From contig SMSO01000014.1 of assembly GCA_004764695.1 (NCBI GenBank), positions 1,173,648 to 1,237,647 on the forward strand: a stretch of DNA of 64,000 nt, read 5' to 3'. Origin of the DNA: Schizochytrium sp. TIO01 (lineage: Eukaryota; Protista; Bigyra: Labyrinthulomycetes). Position 1 is the stretch's first letter, and every line of letters begins with the position of its first letter. Below are positions 1 through 12,399 of this stretch, in pieces. The notes under the pieces are model-generated. The model saw only the letters and a program-made list of their open reading frames with translations. It was not told the origin of the DNA and made no database searches. The position numbers and the translations under genes were made by a program.

Positions 1-382
1 TCCAAGTACCCTGGAGTCGCGGCTTTCTGTCGCCAAAAACGCGTGTACTGCTTGTTCTGACGGTGGGAAAAACCACTACTGAGGGATTCCGGCGGACGAG
101 AAAGGAAGAGCCCACTTTACGTGAGCTGAGTTTCGCTGTTTTGGTTAGGACTTTGCGGCTCGCGCAATTGTCCTAAAACATAAGTTCGTTTGTTCTTTCT
201 CCTGTTCACTTAATCGTTGGGCTTTTCTCGTTCTAGTTGAGTTTCTCATAGTGACAAAGAAATCAGTCAACACATTAATTATTGTGTTTACAGGAATCGC
301 AACGATTCCATAAACCTTGAGATCTTTGTAGAGTTTTCCTGAGAATCTTTGGGAGAGATAACTGCAGTCAAAGGTAGAGCCC

Positions 383-3001
383 ATGTCTAAAACTAGAGCA
401 CTGGGTGTAAGCAGAGATTGCCCTGCATCATCACTGGAGGAATGGAGAACGGCTGTAGACCCCAAGAGTGGTCAGGCGTACTTTTACAATCGCAGGACTC
501 GTGAAACGCGTTGGACCCCTCCCGAAGGATGGAAAGATCCTTTGGAAACATCTTCGGGTCTCGCAGCAAGCACATCTTCAGCAATCACAAAGTCAGACTC
601 GTCATCACAAAATGAGCTGCATAAATCAGGTGTTGCACGATTGCAGTCCGCTGGCAGAGGGTCTGATCGTACTGAGAGCGAAGCTATGCAGCTCACAAAA
701 AGCATGGTTGAAAATTTTGACATTCGAGAGGCGGTGGATCCCAAAACAGGCCGCGTTTATTTTTATGATCGCAAAACGCGTCAAGTATTTTGGACAGATC
801 CTCGTGATCTTCTCACCAGCCCAGGGTCACAAGATGATGGAGACGGTGGCGAATATGAAAGTAGCAGTGACTTCGAGGTTGACCAGGATGTCAAAGGACA
901 GAACAAACCAACATATGTTTCTGAAATTGCAAGGCTCCGGCTTGATGACGAACAGTTTCACGAATCGTTTGCTCGAAACCAGAACACAAAGAATGCCAAA
1001 AGTGGAAGCGAACACGATGTCGATGAAGGGATAGAGGTGGAAGACAACATCGATGAGAAAGATATGAAGTACCTTAATCGCATGGTCCAAAAGCCATCCA
1101 GCAATATGCAATACCAGTACCATCGCCAACTTCAGTATCAGAATGGTGACAACGATGAGGAAGATGCAGAACCCGATGATACTTATGAACCAGACTTTGA
1201 CGATGAGCAGCTTGATCATAGGGCCATGCAATCAAATGGGAGCGGAAAATCCTCAAATCCAGAAGACCTTGATGAAAGTGTTGATCATATTGAGGCCAGA
1301 CTCCAGGACTTACTAAGAGATGTTCACCACAATGGGGAAGATGATATCGATGAAGAGGACGATGAAGTTAATATAATTAACAAACTCAGTCATGGAACAA
1401 GAAGCAAACATGGCTTTGGTAACATGAATAATGGAGAGCACTCTCATCTTAAAATAGAAGGACAAGTCAAGCAAGATAGTCGGGTCTCTATTTCCGCATC
1501 AAGAGCAAGTCAAATGTCTGAGGCGCCAACCTCCGCACGGGATGAGGCGCCAATAGAGCAGGTTCGTTCTTCGCTCGCATTGCTAAAGCGTCGAATGAAG
1601 GTGAAAAGACCTTCGCCATCCCCTCCTGGGAGAATGAGCGCAGGTTCTTACGCAAACACAGCACGGTCTACACCTAGGCCTTCACGCTCGGCATGGACTT
1701 CTTCTCAGACTGCAGAACCTATGACTTCATCAAGCCGTACTCAAATGAACTCGCCAGAATATAATTATTCGCCGTCATCAGACTCCATAGATTCTCCAAT
1801 GTCTTCTTTCCCATCAGGCAAGAGGACTGGTCGTCAAGTATTTACTCCCTCTGCACCAGCCTCTGCTACTGGAGATCAGTGCACACGAAAGACTGGTTGC
1901 ACTTGTTTCAAATGCACCGTGGGGGCAAGCACTGCTGATTCAAATGATCTTTTCCCTTGTCGAAACTGCGGACGTAGCTTTGGTGCTAGCGCTCTAGAAA
2001 TTCACCAACCTGTTTGCGGAAAGGTATTTTCTACCTCAAAAAAGACTACTGCTCCGGGTTCTTCATTCAAGTTTACTCCCGCAGACAGCAGAAAACCAAT
2101 TTCAAATGACAAAAAGGGCACGGTGTCGTCAAGTGTGAAACGGACCAGTTGGAGGAATAAGTCTCAGCAATTGCGCCTTGCATTGCAGCAGCGAGCCCCG
2201 GGTACAGGCACCATGGCATCGACACTTTCAACAACTGCGTCATCTAGCAACCATGAATCTACCAGCGATGTCAACCCTGAAGGCTTAGTGGAGTGTCCTC
2301 ACTGTCAACGAACTTTTAATCCTAAGTCTGCTGAAAGACACATCCCCAAGTGCAGTAGCATTCGGGCCAAACCCAAAACTTTATTACGTGGTGCTGGAAG
2401 AGGCGCATACGCTTCACTCAAAGCTGCGAAATTACGGCAATTGTCACCTAGCCCTGATAGTGATGGAGGCGATGCAGAAGCCTTCCGCCTGCACAAATCA
2501 AATAGTAGTCGCCGCAAGTCGTTGCCCGCGAGTGTCTCGCTGAGCAGAAGACGTTCAGTGGCGGAAAGCGGTGTACAACTGCAGGAATGTCCTCATTGTT
2601 ACCGTCAGTTTGGTAAGAAAGCATACGACCGCCATTTAGAGCACTGCTCTACACTCCGGAAGCGAAACGAAAAACTCGGTATTCCCCATCTTCCGCATCA
2701 AAAACCCCGCCCAAATTCGTCAATGAAGCATTATTCTATGTCTCGATTGCATGAGCAAGACCACTCATCACACGATGATCACATTGATTCGATCAGTCGT
2801 GAAGAGATGGAGGCTTATATGCGAGCTACCTTGGGCGAGTATGCTGATGTTTATGACTTTGACGCTTATGAGGACATGAATGCTGTCGCTGCTGCCGAGG
2901 CTTACGAAGGAAACGAAAACCTTGATCCGATGTACTATGGAACCCCTTACGAGTTCATCGAAGAACGTGATTCGCTCCGTGTACAACTGAATAACATGTA
3001 A
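383..3001 (+). CDS. WW-domain and C2HC zinc-finger protein (ZC2HC1-like)
   Basis: 872-aa ORF. Two WW-like repeats (EEWRTAVDPKSGQAYFYNRRTRETRWTPP; FDIREAVDPKTGRVYFYDRKTRQVFWTDP) and three CxxC-x11-H-x3-C fingers (CRNCGRSF..HQPVC; CPHCQRTF..HIPKC; CPHCYRQF..HLEHC), joined by low-complexity linkers. Confidence 0.85.
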   Translation: MSKTRALGVSRDCPASSLEEWRTAVDPKSGQAYFYNRRTRETRWTPPEGWKDPLETSSGLAASTSSAITKSDSSSQNELHKSGVARLQSAGRGSDRTESEAMQLTKSMVENFDIREAVDPKTGRVYFYDRKTRQVFWTDPRDLLTSPGSQDDGDGGEYESSSDFEVDQDVKGQNKPTYVSEIARLRLDDEQFHESFARNQNTKNAKSGSEHDVDEGIEVEDNIDEKDMKYLNRMVQKPSSNMQYQYHRQLQYQNGDNDEEDAEPDDTYEPDFDDEQLDHRAMQSNGSGKSSNPEDLDESVDHIEARLQDLLRDVHHNGEDDIDEEDDEVNIINKLSHGTRSKHGFGNMNNGEHSHLKIEGQVKQDSRVSISASRASQMSEAPTSARDEAPIEQVRSSLALLKRRMKVKRPSPSPPGRMSAGSYANTARSTPRPSRSAWTSSQTAEPMTSSSRTQMNSPEYNYSPSSDSIDSPMSSFPSGKRTGRQVFTPSAPASATGDQCTRKTGCTCFKCTVGASTADSNDLFPCRNCGRSFGASALEIHQPVCGKVFSTSKKTTAPGSSFKFTPADSRKPISNDKKGTVSSSVKRTSWRNKSQQLRLALQQRAPGTGTMASTLSTTASSSNHESTSDVNPEGLVECPHCQRTFNPKSAERHIPKCSSIRAKPKTLLRGAGRGAYASLKAAKLRQLSPSPDSDGGDAEAFRLHKSNSSRRKSLPASVSLSRRRSVAESGVQLQECPHCYRQFGKKAYDRHLEHCSTLRKRNEKLGIPHLPHQKPRPNSSMKHYSMSRLHEQDHSSHDDHIDSISREEMEAYMRATLGEYADVYDFDAYEDMNAVAAAEAYEGNENLDPMYYGTPYEFIEERDSLRVQLNNM

Positions 3002-3487
3002 GGTATTTGGATTGAGCGTAACTTCTATATTTGTTGTGTGGCTATAGATTTACTTTGTTAGATTTTCTTCCTTGAATAGAAGAGTTGACTAAGGCCAAAA
3101 CGCTGAAGAGGGCATGTGGTATGCGAGGCATATTTCATTTACAATTTACTGGGCTCAACATACTTGGGCCTTTACATAACATAAGATTAGGCTCTGTAAG
3201 ACATTTAAATTTGTTACTAGAACTACATGTTTCTTTAATGTTTTTCGGGCGTGTGTGTTTTGTTTGAAAACGAACAAACAATAAACTATATATTCTCTTT
3301 GCTGTTGAGTCAAAGTAACGGGAAGCTGAACGACATCAACTACCACAAAACACTGGCTACTTCAGACTTCGCAGAAATACTCGATTTTTATGAATGAAAT
3401 TAACAACGTTCTCTGATTTCAATATCGTAAACATATGGAATCAGAGATATGAATACATGCAAAGCTATGCTAGCATGGGAGACGCAA

Positions 3488-6400
3488 TCAGATGAATAAC
3501 TCGTTGCCCAAAAGTGCGCCAGAAGTATCTTCAATGAGACCTGGTTTAAGGTCGTACTGTTCCAGAAATCGCAGAGGAAAGTCCACGATGTGACCTTTGA
3601 TGTGACTTAGCTCATCCTCAATCGCATTCGAAGATTCTATCACGGTGTAACGCTCACGCGAGAAGTTACGGAGGTCTGTTGAATCGCGCACATCATCGCG
3701 GGGAATGCATGGAAATATGTCTTCGAATATTTGCGTGTTTGTTTGAGAGATATTACAGAGCTCCTTAAAATTTTCTTTGTGCCATGGTGTACGAAGCTGT
3801 TTCCATAACGGGTCATGTGGATTATCTTGAATACCCCAGTGCTCAGACATGAGAGAGAGACGAAAGTTTCGAACAAAGTTCTTTCCCGTATTAGATGCCT
3901 CAATGACTACGGCCAACTCGGTGTCACGGTTTCCTGTTAAACTACGATCATTTATATTCCCACTGCCGATTATGCATTTAACATCGTCTACTACCAGGAC
4001 CTTGGAGTGGACATATACTAGCTCAGTTGCAACTCGACGCATGCCAAGTACCTCTGCTGCCTTTGAGCTTCCAAACGAAAGCGGTTCCCAGGCACGGAGC
4101 CCAAAAAAGTGGACATAGTCATCTGGATTGATTCCTTTTCGCAAGAGGTTGTAGAACAAGGATTGGCTTCCCCGATTGATACATCGATACTCATAAAAGA
4201 GCACACGGCGAATGGATGGCGATTCGGAGATATATCCATCAAATCCAGGAATTAATGGAATTAAAATCATCACCTTGAACTCAGCCCTGGCTTGATGCGC
4301 ACGAAGGATACGTTTGAAAAGAGCATCCAGAACACGATTTGCAACCTCATTATCAGAGTCCAAGCCGGAGATAAAGAACTGATTCTCAATATAAATAAAA
4401 CGCTCTGCGTCTTCAATGAGATTGCGCATTGCTTTCTCAATTGATCGCTCTTTCTCGCCAGGTGTAGAACCTGACCAAAGCCCGAGACTTCGAACAACTT
4501 GCGCGTTAACGTGGTAAACGACGTTCTCATTAATACCTTGTGTAGCACAGCTGCAAACCGACATGGAAGCAGGCCTACTCTCCTGCGATTTCCCATCCAT
4601 ATCTAGCTCTGGATTAGGAGCTTGAGGTCCAGACTTCTTTTTGTTGTGGAAACCGTTCTGATGAGCAGCTTCTCCATTCATTGTAACATTTGGTGGGGGG
4701 ACAGCCGTTGGCTCTGTGATCATCTCTCCGTGTAGCTCTGGAGGGGGCGGAAGAGAGCCATCACTGTCATCATCATCTTCTCTACCAATCTGCTCCTCTT
4801 CATCGATATCACTTTCAGTAATAGTTGGCAAGGACTGAATGTCGTCATCTTTGGCCTGAGACCGACGAGGAACAGGTGAATTCGAGCGACTTCTTGGCAA
4901 GGACGACACTGGAGAAGATGGCTGGCTACCTGGGGGGCCGATATCTTCAGCAGGGCCTTCATCACTCAGATTATCATCATCGTTTTCAAACTCGCGCAGG
5001 TGAGGGGCAATTGTGACAGGTTGACCAGCAGCAATCTCAGCAAAGTTAACGCGGTACTGATGGGGTAGTACATCCATAGGCACAAGGGCATCAGCCAGGG
5101 TTTCATCAGCATTAGCAAAACGAGCGTGGTTCCATTGATGGATAAAGTGCCGAGCGATATCACGAGCAATGGAACCCCAATATTCACATTGAACATCATG
5201 CCAAGGCATTCGTGGACAATCCCCAGCGTGCTGAATGCGTGAGAAGTCCGAGACATTCTCGAAATCATGATCACGAACGTTAGAAAAGTCGATACCAGGC
5301 CATTCTCGCCCAACATCAGAACGTGCATGTGCATGTGGATCGTACAATCGATGTGAATGTGTGTCATAACGTCCCCAGGATAAGTCAATGCCTCCACAGA
5401 ACGAATGCGTCTGATCAATGACCACAATTTTCTCATGATGACTCCAAAACCAGATTGAGTTTTTCTTAATCTTGTGCATCGGATGGCGTAAAACAGAGAT
5501 GTTCTGCTGACCCTCAAGTTTACGAAACTCTTTTTCTTGGAATGCACTATCTAAAGGAAGGGCAAGGGATACCTCATTGTACATGAGAATAGAAATTTTC
5601 ACACCTTGCTTTGCCTTCTTCTCTAGGATACCACCAAGGGTGTTTTCTTTGTCGTTACTTCGGGAGGGGCGCAGTAATGGCAAGTTCGCGCAGACCCACC
5701 ATCCTTGGATAAAGATTTGGCTCTCTGCGCTGTCAATAGCCTCGTACACCGCTTTAAAATAATTTTCAGCATCAATATGGAATTTAGCCATACACATCTC
5801 AGCACCTGGCTCGTCACGAAGGAGTCGCCGTGGCGCAAAGGATTGATTTTGGTGCGTGTCACACCAGCCAGCAGACACACCCGCATCTGCGACTTGATCA
5901 TTCCCTTCAGTGTTAGCAAGAACAGAGGAAGCTTGAAAGGCGTCGCGCATAGCACGTGACCACACCTTCTTTTGCCATCTAGTTGGCAGTTTGAGGCGAA
6001 CATTCAAAGAATCTCCAACAACGTGAATTGCACGGTGTGAGCCAGTTGTGGAGTAGCTTTTATTGATCTCATAGTTGTGGGAATACAAAATGACGAAACT
6101 TGCCTCACGTGCGTCAAGTTCATGAGGGCTCTGATCAAAGAATGCAATAAATGATGGCTTAACTACTGCCCATAGCCAGCGGTTCCGGCGATAGCTTGGT
6201 TGCAAAAATGTCTTAGCACGTTGCGGGTCTGGCGCACAAGCGCAAATACAACAGAAACAAGAAATTTTCCCCTTCCATTGTAACTTCTCGTTCTCACGAT
6301 CTCGCTTCGTCACCGTAACCCGGACCCAGCCTTCTTTATATGTCTTTCCGAATCGTGTGTCAAAGGTCAATGTACTAATGCAGAGGAATTCTTTCACAAA

Positions 6401-7645
6401 TGGCGCATTACGGATCGTTTCGTTGCACAAAATAGATTGAAAGATAGACTTAACCAATCGACGACGATCAGCTTTCACCTTCCGAATGCGCGCCGCCGAA
6501 CCCATGGCGGGCACAAACAATAATTTACTCATTCGCAAAACAAGATGGCCGTCTGGTCCAGTTGAGTGCTGGGATGACGAATCTTGCTGATCGCCACCAT
6601 GGTGTGAGGTAGCCCGTTGAGGAGAGCGACCACGTTGTTTATTCTGGTTCTGATCTCGATGCTGCTGCTGATGATGATGATGGTTCATAGCTTGATCTTG
6701 AAGAACGTTACGCTCTGAAACTTGAGGCAAGATAATTCGCCTCGAGTTAGGTGAGCGTTCTAACTGAGGGCGCCCCGGATCCATGGATTTGTGACGGCCA
6801 AGTCTCTGGCCAATATTGGTGATGTTTGTTTTGATAGCGAGCATACGATTAAGTTTAAGTTTAGAGATCAGAGCAGAGAGGTCCGTACGAGTGACGTAAA
6901 TGCTCCACTCCCCCATATCACCAAAATTTAGCCAGATTCTGTAGACGATTTCTCCTCCAACTTGGAGATTCGGAATATTTAAGGTAGATTGCTCGTTGGT
7001 GATGGTTTCATTTACTGAAAACTCCGGCTCTGGAATTACAAACATGTCCAATGTTACGCCGCTATCCCTTCGCATTACATTGGGGACCTCTGGTACAAAT
7101 CCCAGGCCGATAGTACTTGATTGACGAGACCTTGTGTCATCATCATCATAATAGTAAAATACCGACGAGGATCGATTTCCAGTTAAGAGTCGTGGTCTAG
7201 GTGGTTGTGCTGCCGAGGTTCCTGTACTATTTTGTTTGGCTGCTAGAGTTCCCTTGCTGCTTGTTCTACTTCTTTGGCGACGCGTCTTTTTGTGTTTAGG
7301 GTGTCGCTCTTGCGGGTTCGAGGTTTGAGATTTTAATACCGGTGAAATCTGGTCGCCATGCGACGGCTGTTGATCTTCTTTCTCCTCGTCGTTGGGCTTT
7401 GCATCTCCCTCTGGATCTTTCAATAATTTGCTCTGTCGCTTCGATTCATTGTTGGCTTGAGAATTTCTTTGGCCTGAAGCTTGAGCTGGAGTTGTTGTTG
7501 TTGTTGTTGATGTTGATAATGTTGGTCCTGAGGTTGATGCAGTACGATGACGACTGTGGCTGCCTTCGCGAGCAACAGCGGTATCGACTATGCCAAGACC
7601 AAAGTCGTCCTCAGGAGGAACACCGGGCGTCTTGGACGCAAGCAT
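3488..7645 (-). CDS. PLD: Phospholipase D, PX-PH type (PLD1/2, PLDzeta-like)
   Basis: 1385-aa ORF. Two HKD motifs (HHEKIVVID; HSKVLVVDD..IIGSGNINDRS), PRMPWHD..ARDIARHFIHQWN, IYIENQFF, and N-terminal PX/PH-like segments (KEGWVRV..RNRWLWAVVKPSFIAFF). Confidence 0.96.
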   Translation of the reverse strand: MLASKTPGVPPEDDFGLGIVDTAVAREGSHSRHRTASTSGPTLSTSTTTTTTPAQASGQRNSQANNESKRQSKLLKDPEGDAKPNDEEKEDQQPSHGDQISPVLKSQTSNPQERHPKHKKTRRQRSRTSSKGTLAAKQNSTGTSAAQPPRPRLLTGNRSSSVFYYYDDDDTRSRQSSTIGLGFVPEVPNVMRRDSGVTLDMFVIPEPEFSVNETITNEQSTLNIPNLQVGGEIVYRIWLNFGDMGEWSIYVTRTDLSALISKLKLNRMLAIKTNITNIGQRLGRHKSMDPGRPQLERSPNSRRIILPQVSERNVLQDQAMNHHHHQQQHRDQNQNKQRGRSPQRATSHHGGDQQDSSSQHSTGPDGHLVLRMSKLLFVPAMGSAARIRKVKADRRRLVKSIFQSILCNETIRNAPFVKEFLCISTLTFDTRFGKTYKEGWVRVTVTKRDRENEKLQWKGKISCFCCICACAPDPQRAKTFLQPSYRRNRWLWAVVKPSFIAFFDQSPHELDAREASFVILYSHNYEINKSYSTTGSHRAIHVVGDSLNVRLKLPTRWQKKVWSRAMRDAFQASSVLANTEGNDQVADAGVSAGWCDTHQNQSFAPRRLLRDEPGAEMCMAKFHIDAENYFKAVYEAIDSAESQIFIQGWWVCANLPLLRPSRSNDKENTLGGILEKKAKQGVKISILMYNEVSLALPLDSAFQEKEFRKLEGQQNISVLRHPMHKIKKNSIWFWSHHEKIVVIDQTHSFCGGIDLSWGRYDTHSHRLYDPHAHARSDVGREWPGIDFSNVRDHDFENVSDFSRIQHAGDCPRMPWHDVQCEYWGSIARDIARHFIHQWNHARFANADETLADALVPMDVLPHQYRVNFAEIAAGQPVTIAPHLREFENDDDNLSDEGPAEDIGPPGSQPSSPVSSLPRSRSNSPVPRRSQAKDDDIQSLPTITESDIDEEEQIGREDDDDSDGSLPPPPELHGEMITEPTAVPPPNVTMNGEAAHQNGFHNKKKSGPQAPNPELDMDGKSQESRPASMSVCSCATQGINENVVYHVNAQVVRSLGLWSGSTPGEKERSIEKAMRNLIEDAERFIYIENQFFISGLDSDNEVANRVLDALFKRILRAHQARAEFKVMILIPLIPGFDGYISESPSIRRVLFYEYRCINRGSQSLFYNLLRKGINPDDYVHFFGLRAWEPLSFGSSKAAEVLGMRRVATELVYVHSKVLVVDDVKCIIGSGNINDRSLTGNRDTELAVVIEASNTGKNFVRNFRLSLMSEHWGIQDNPHDPLWKQLRTPWHKENFKELCNISQTNTQIFEDIFPCIPRDDVRDSTDLRNFSRERYTVIESSNAIEDELSHIKGHIVDFPLRFLEQYDLKPGLIEDTSGALLGNELFI

Positions 7646-9812
7646 GGTAAAGTGGCCCTCGTGGCCGCAGCCAAGCGGCTCAGACTCGGGTTATGGAGGC
7701 TTCGTGCCGCAGGGAAACGATTGTCGACTCATAAAAAGTTTTACAGTGTCTATTGTTTATCTTATTTAAGTAAATCCTCACGTCAAGTGAAAATCAAAAA
7801 CAATATTAATTGTATCGCTCATTATCCTAAATCTTTACTTACTATTTTGCTCAGCTGTTGTTGTTTTATACTCCTTTCTTCTCATTCGTTTCGTTTCTTC
7901 TCGGCAGAATGAATCTTTTATCGCATATACCTTATTCATTACAAAAAGTAAGAGTGCGAATTACGAATGGACCATTTCATCCCAGTTTGCTCAGCGAAGA
8001 AGATCACGGCACAGGGTGATTAGCACACCCAGCTAGACAAGCGTGGCGCATTGAGGATGCTGGTGGTAGGTATTTAAATGCAGCAGGGTATTTATATATG
8101 CATAAAGAAGAATTCATAGAATAAGAACCAAATAGAGTGGTTGTTGTTGTCGTTCTTGGAGTGCGTGCTGTTGCTTACGTGAAGGTGTTTGCGAACTCAA
8201 ACGAACTTAAGTTTGAGGATTTCCTGAACAAGCGCTCAATCGAGGACGTAGATAGTGATCGAAGTAGTGTACCCTCCGCGTAACTTTCGTACATACGAGG
8301 TTTGCAATATGGAGAGCAAGAAACTTGCAACGATGCATGCTCGCTCGATCGTAGGATGCTGATGTATTTAACAGAAAGTGCTGTGGAGCCCCAAAGTGTA
8401 GTATCCAGTGGTAATCCTGAGAATCAACTACTCACTCATTCGCTCAGACATCGCTCAGACAGTGAGAGCAGCAGATTAGAGCAATTTCATCAAAGGCTCT
8501 GGCCATCTTGAAGGTGCTCAGGGATACTGCAAAGCAACACAAAGGGAGTCAATCTATCAATAAAGGCGGGTAGTCTCGACAAATAATACAGCTGAAGCGA
8601 GTCTTTCGCCTACCGATGACAAATTGCAAATAGAACGATATGCGTAATGGGGAAAGGTTGCAGATTGAGCCATACAAGTGTCTTCAAAGTTGCAACATAC
8701 TCGAATGCAACTAAAATCCTGTACACCGGTCGAGTGAGACTGAACAATACGAATCCAAGAAAAACCTAGAGACAAAGTAAAAAAGGCCAAAAAGGAAATC
8801 CCATCAAGCTCTCACACTCAGACATGTGTCCGTACTTAGCAATACCTTCAAGGTGACTTGCTTCTGACCCTCCTTTTGTCATCTCTCCCATTGCTCATTG
8901 TTCTGCTTCCACTCATTATCCATCGCAGCACATTCAAAGGTTGCTATACCCCTGCCTGTCTGAATGGCCACATACTCTTATTTTATATTAGTTGTTGTTG
9001 AGCATTGCCTTGAGTTCTCCCACAATTGTGTCTATTTTGTTGGCACCATACGCCTGCCGCAACCCTATGTTGTTCTGCAGAAAGGGTTCATGCATTTATA
9101 TCTCATAAAATATGTAAGAGCCTTGAGAATAGAGTTTTAGAATACCATGATTGAGGCTTGCAGAACGAAGTATACTTGATCTCAATCTCAAAGATGAATA
9201 AACAAAATTCACAATTACAAGCCTTAAACATCATTCTTGTAGTTGAAATGAAGGAGTTGAGAAAACCATTGAAGTGAGCCACTTTAACTTTCTCCGCCCT
9301 TCCTCACAACAGTAATGAAAACTTAGCAACCCAAACGCAGAGCCTCCAGATTGGCCGAGCGCTCAAATCTTATTTCTAGCCAAGATAAAAACCGTTCTGA
9401 TGCAATATATCTTCATTTCACCGTGAGATTTGGTTTGTAAGGTCAGTCTTCCCAGATTGGAACGTTCACATAGCTAGGCTTGGAATTCATCACGTGCGTA
9501 ATCATTGAATCTACTTCATTCATGATTAATTTTATTATTATTTATCATTGATATTATTGATTAAAAAATAATTTTTAATTATTAAAATAATAAAAAGAAA
9601 TGTAAATAATCTAACTACGGAAATGAAACTACTGAAGATGAGGATGTAGTATGCAATGACGCTCTCGAGCTCACGCTCAGCGCCTAGCACCAATTTCCAA
9701 GCACCAGACACCAAACGCGAACCATCGCTCGTGATCATCACATTTCTCCTGACAAAGGAATCCTCTCTATACGCTGCGTGACGCCTTTCAACAACCTTGA
9801 AGTTGCACAGGG

Positions 9813-11324
9813 ATGACCAGTGCATATGAGAAGGCACGGCTTGCCCGCATTGAAGCAAACGAAGCCTTTCTTGCGGAGCTAGACGTGGGGAAGGAAAGGC
9901 GGAATGCCGAAGCCCCTCTGGTAAAGGCAAAGCAAAGCAAGGCCCGTGCTAGAGAGGTCAATCGAAAACGTAGAGCTCGGGAAGCTGAACAGAACCCGGT
10001 TCCGCGAAGAAAATCGTCAAGGCTAGCAGGAAACCCTGCAGAGGGTATGTATGTGGATTCTGTGAGCAGAGGCAAAGTCACTATCGCAGGATTGCCATCT
10101 TCGATGACCAAAGAAGTCAGAGATCTGGTGAGTACCACGCCTGCTGCAAACTCGCGTCGCGAAAGATTCAACGAAGAGATTTTGAATTTGGAGATTGAGG
10201 GTGACGACGAGGCCCATGGAAAGGCATTCTTTGAGTCCCTGAAGAAGACTAGCAGTGACAGCGATGACAAAAACGGCAATGCCGAGGACTCCGAGGAAGG
10301 CCTCAGGGAAAGTGAGATGGACTACGCAGCAAAACTCAGTGCGCTGGAGTGTCAAGGTTCTGAAAAGGTTGTACAGAGTCGAGGTTATGCAGTGGCGTTC
10401 CACCCAAAATTGCCTATTCTATGCGCAGGCGACCGCGATGGTCAGCTAGGTCTATTAAAAATCCATGAGGACGCCGCTACAGAGCTTCAGGAAGAAGACA
10501 TCGTGCAGTTTAAACCGCATGTTTCTACAATCAATGTTGTGGAGTACGCCGATACCTCTCTTTTCACAGCCAGCTACGACGGAACTGCTCGTAAGATGGA
10601 TCTTGGAGCACCAGGTCGGTTTGAACTGTTATACAAATCTGATGAAGAGCACGGCTGGCTGCAGCATGCAGAAATCACGCATCAAGGTAACAATTTGGTA
10701 ATTGGATTTTCGGATGGCTACGTCATGAGCATCGATGCTCGCGCACCTACCGAGTCTAAACCTGCCTGGAGTTTTCAGGCCCATGATAAAAAGACACAAA
10801 CAGTGAGCCTTGACCACACTGGAAACTTTCTCTGTACCAGCAGCCTGGACCGTAGCATTAGATTATGGGATGTTCGTAAGGCCTCTTCGTCCAGGAAACC
10901 TCCTTCACCAATTTGCACGTTTGAGGACAGGTACAGTATTAACTCGTGCAAGTTTAATGCAACAGGGGATCGTCTCATCGCAGTGGGCCAAAGCAACAAG
11001 CTTCATCTCTTTATGAATCCCCAGAAATCTACAGATGGTGAACTGAAACCATCACATTCCCTTGCCCATGATAACCAAACTGGCCGCTATCTTGCTGTTT
11101 TTCATGCCAACTGGGACCCAAAGAATCCGTCTGCCTTCATTTGCGGCTCAATGTCAAAGCCTCGTCGGGTGGAAGTCTTTTCCACTGATGGTGGCAAAAT
11201 CAAACGCATCATGAACCTTGCAGGCGATGCTATTGGGTCTGTACAAAGCCGCAATGCATTTCACCCAAATCAAAATATGATTGCTTGCCTCAACGCGAGT
11301 GGGCGTGTTAGTATTTTTCGCTAA
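9813..11324 (+). CDS. WDR76: WD repeat-containing protein 76 / CMR1-like
   Basis: 503 aa. N-terminal SAYEKARLARIEANEAFLAEL and RKSSRLAG, WD40 repeats (TSSLDRSIRLWDVR), and the HDNQTGRYLAVFHANWDP motif typical of WDR76/CMR1. Confidence 0.88.
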   Translation: MTSAYEKARLARIEANEAFLAELDVGKERRNAEAPLVKAKQSKARAREVNRKRRAREAEQNPVPRRKSSRLAGNPAEGMYVDSVSRGKVTIAGLPSSMTKEVRDLVSTTPAANSRRERFNEEILNLEIEGDDEAHGKAFFESLKKTSSDSDDKNGNAEDSEEGLRESEMDYAAKLSALECQGSEKVVQSRGYAVAFHPKLPILCAGDRDGQLGLLKIHEDAATELQEEDIVQFKPHVSTINVVEYADTSLFTASYDGTARKMDLGAPGRFELLYKSDEEHGWLQHAEITHQGNNLVIGFSDGYVMSIDARAPTESKPAWSFQAHDKKTQTVSLDHTGNFLCTSSLDRSIRLWDVRKASSSRKPPSPICTFEDRYSINSCKFNATGDRLIAVGQSNKLHLFMNPQKSTDGELKPSHSLAHDNQTGRYLAVFHANWDPKNPSAFICGSMSKPRRVEVFSTDGGKIKRIMNLAGDAIGSVQSRNAFHPNQNMIACLNASGRVSIFR

Positions 11325-12399
11325 TTTTTTTTCGTGTCTTGCTTTTCTTTAGCTTCTCATTTTTTCCTTGTGGGAGCTATGTCAAATGTACCGAAAATCA
11401 CGTGACTTCTTCATATATAATAGACATGGTAATCAAAGCACTCAAAATTAAGTTAATGCTATAGTAGTCGAATCTTTGCCCTTTTAAAAAATTAAAGTAA
11501 TAGACGGATACAGTAAGTCGGGTAGAAAAGAACATTAGGTTAGGCGAGATTAATACAATAAAACACTGGTTCATTATTTGACTGGAGAGATCAGTGGCAA
11601 TTTATACTTTGAAGAATGCTGCCGGTCTTGATTCAGCCCCAACTTCACGTATATTGAAGCTAAAATATCAACCTTTATAATCCAGAACCAGAACCCAAAG
11701 AACCTGATTCCATCCTTCTTTCTCTTACACAGTTATGACAACTCCTGGGTCACATAATCGTTCTACAGTCTTTTAATTAAAAGAGAACATACCTTTAACT
11801 ATTGCGTTAGTCTATGTAGGAAGACCTGACTTGTTAAATTTATTAGATGTCTCTTGGCAAGGGCTTCGGACAAGCGAAGAGTGAATGTAACTGGTTAGCT
11901 ATGATAAACAATACCCCTTCATGATCGTGTTGATTAGGACCTAATATGGTGATCCTGAAAAAGTAATACATTGAAGGTGTATACTCCAGATTGAACTCTA
12001 ATGGGTGTCAATTGAAGAAATTAATAAACTGCAAGAAAGAAGAAATTTTTGAAGCAAGATTTTGTATTTCATCCACATACAAGATCAGCTACCTTTCTGC
12101 AACCAGATACACCGGTAATATACTTACGTGTTATTGCTGTCGTTATAAAATGTCGTGAAGCCTTTCCAGTTATCTAACATATGGAGGCTCTGAACTTGAT
12201 TCGCACCTTGAATGTAGTGTTTATTTTAGTTTTGGGTTTGGATCAGCAAGTGTTCTCTGATATAGATCATATTTTCACTGGACTGGTGTTTATCAAACTG
12301 ACTTGTCTTGTTGCCCTTGTTTCATTTCGTCTAGGTCAACGGACTCAGACTTGTGATTCCCATCTTTATCGCCTGCATCATGTTGTTGTGTTCCTTGAG

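Noticed and set aside
7913-9800. Short ORFs in the PLD-WDR76 divergent spacer
   Set aside because: Mostly non-ATG starts, no coding-like composition and no motifs.
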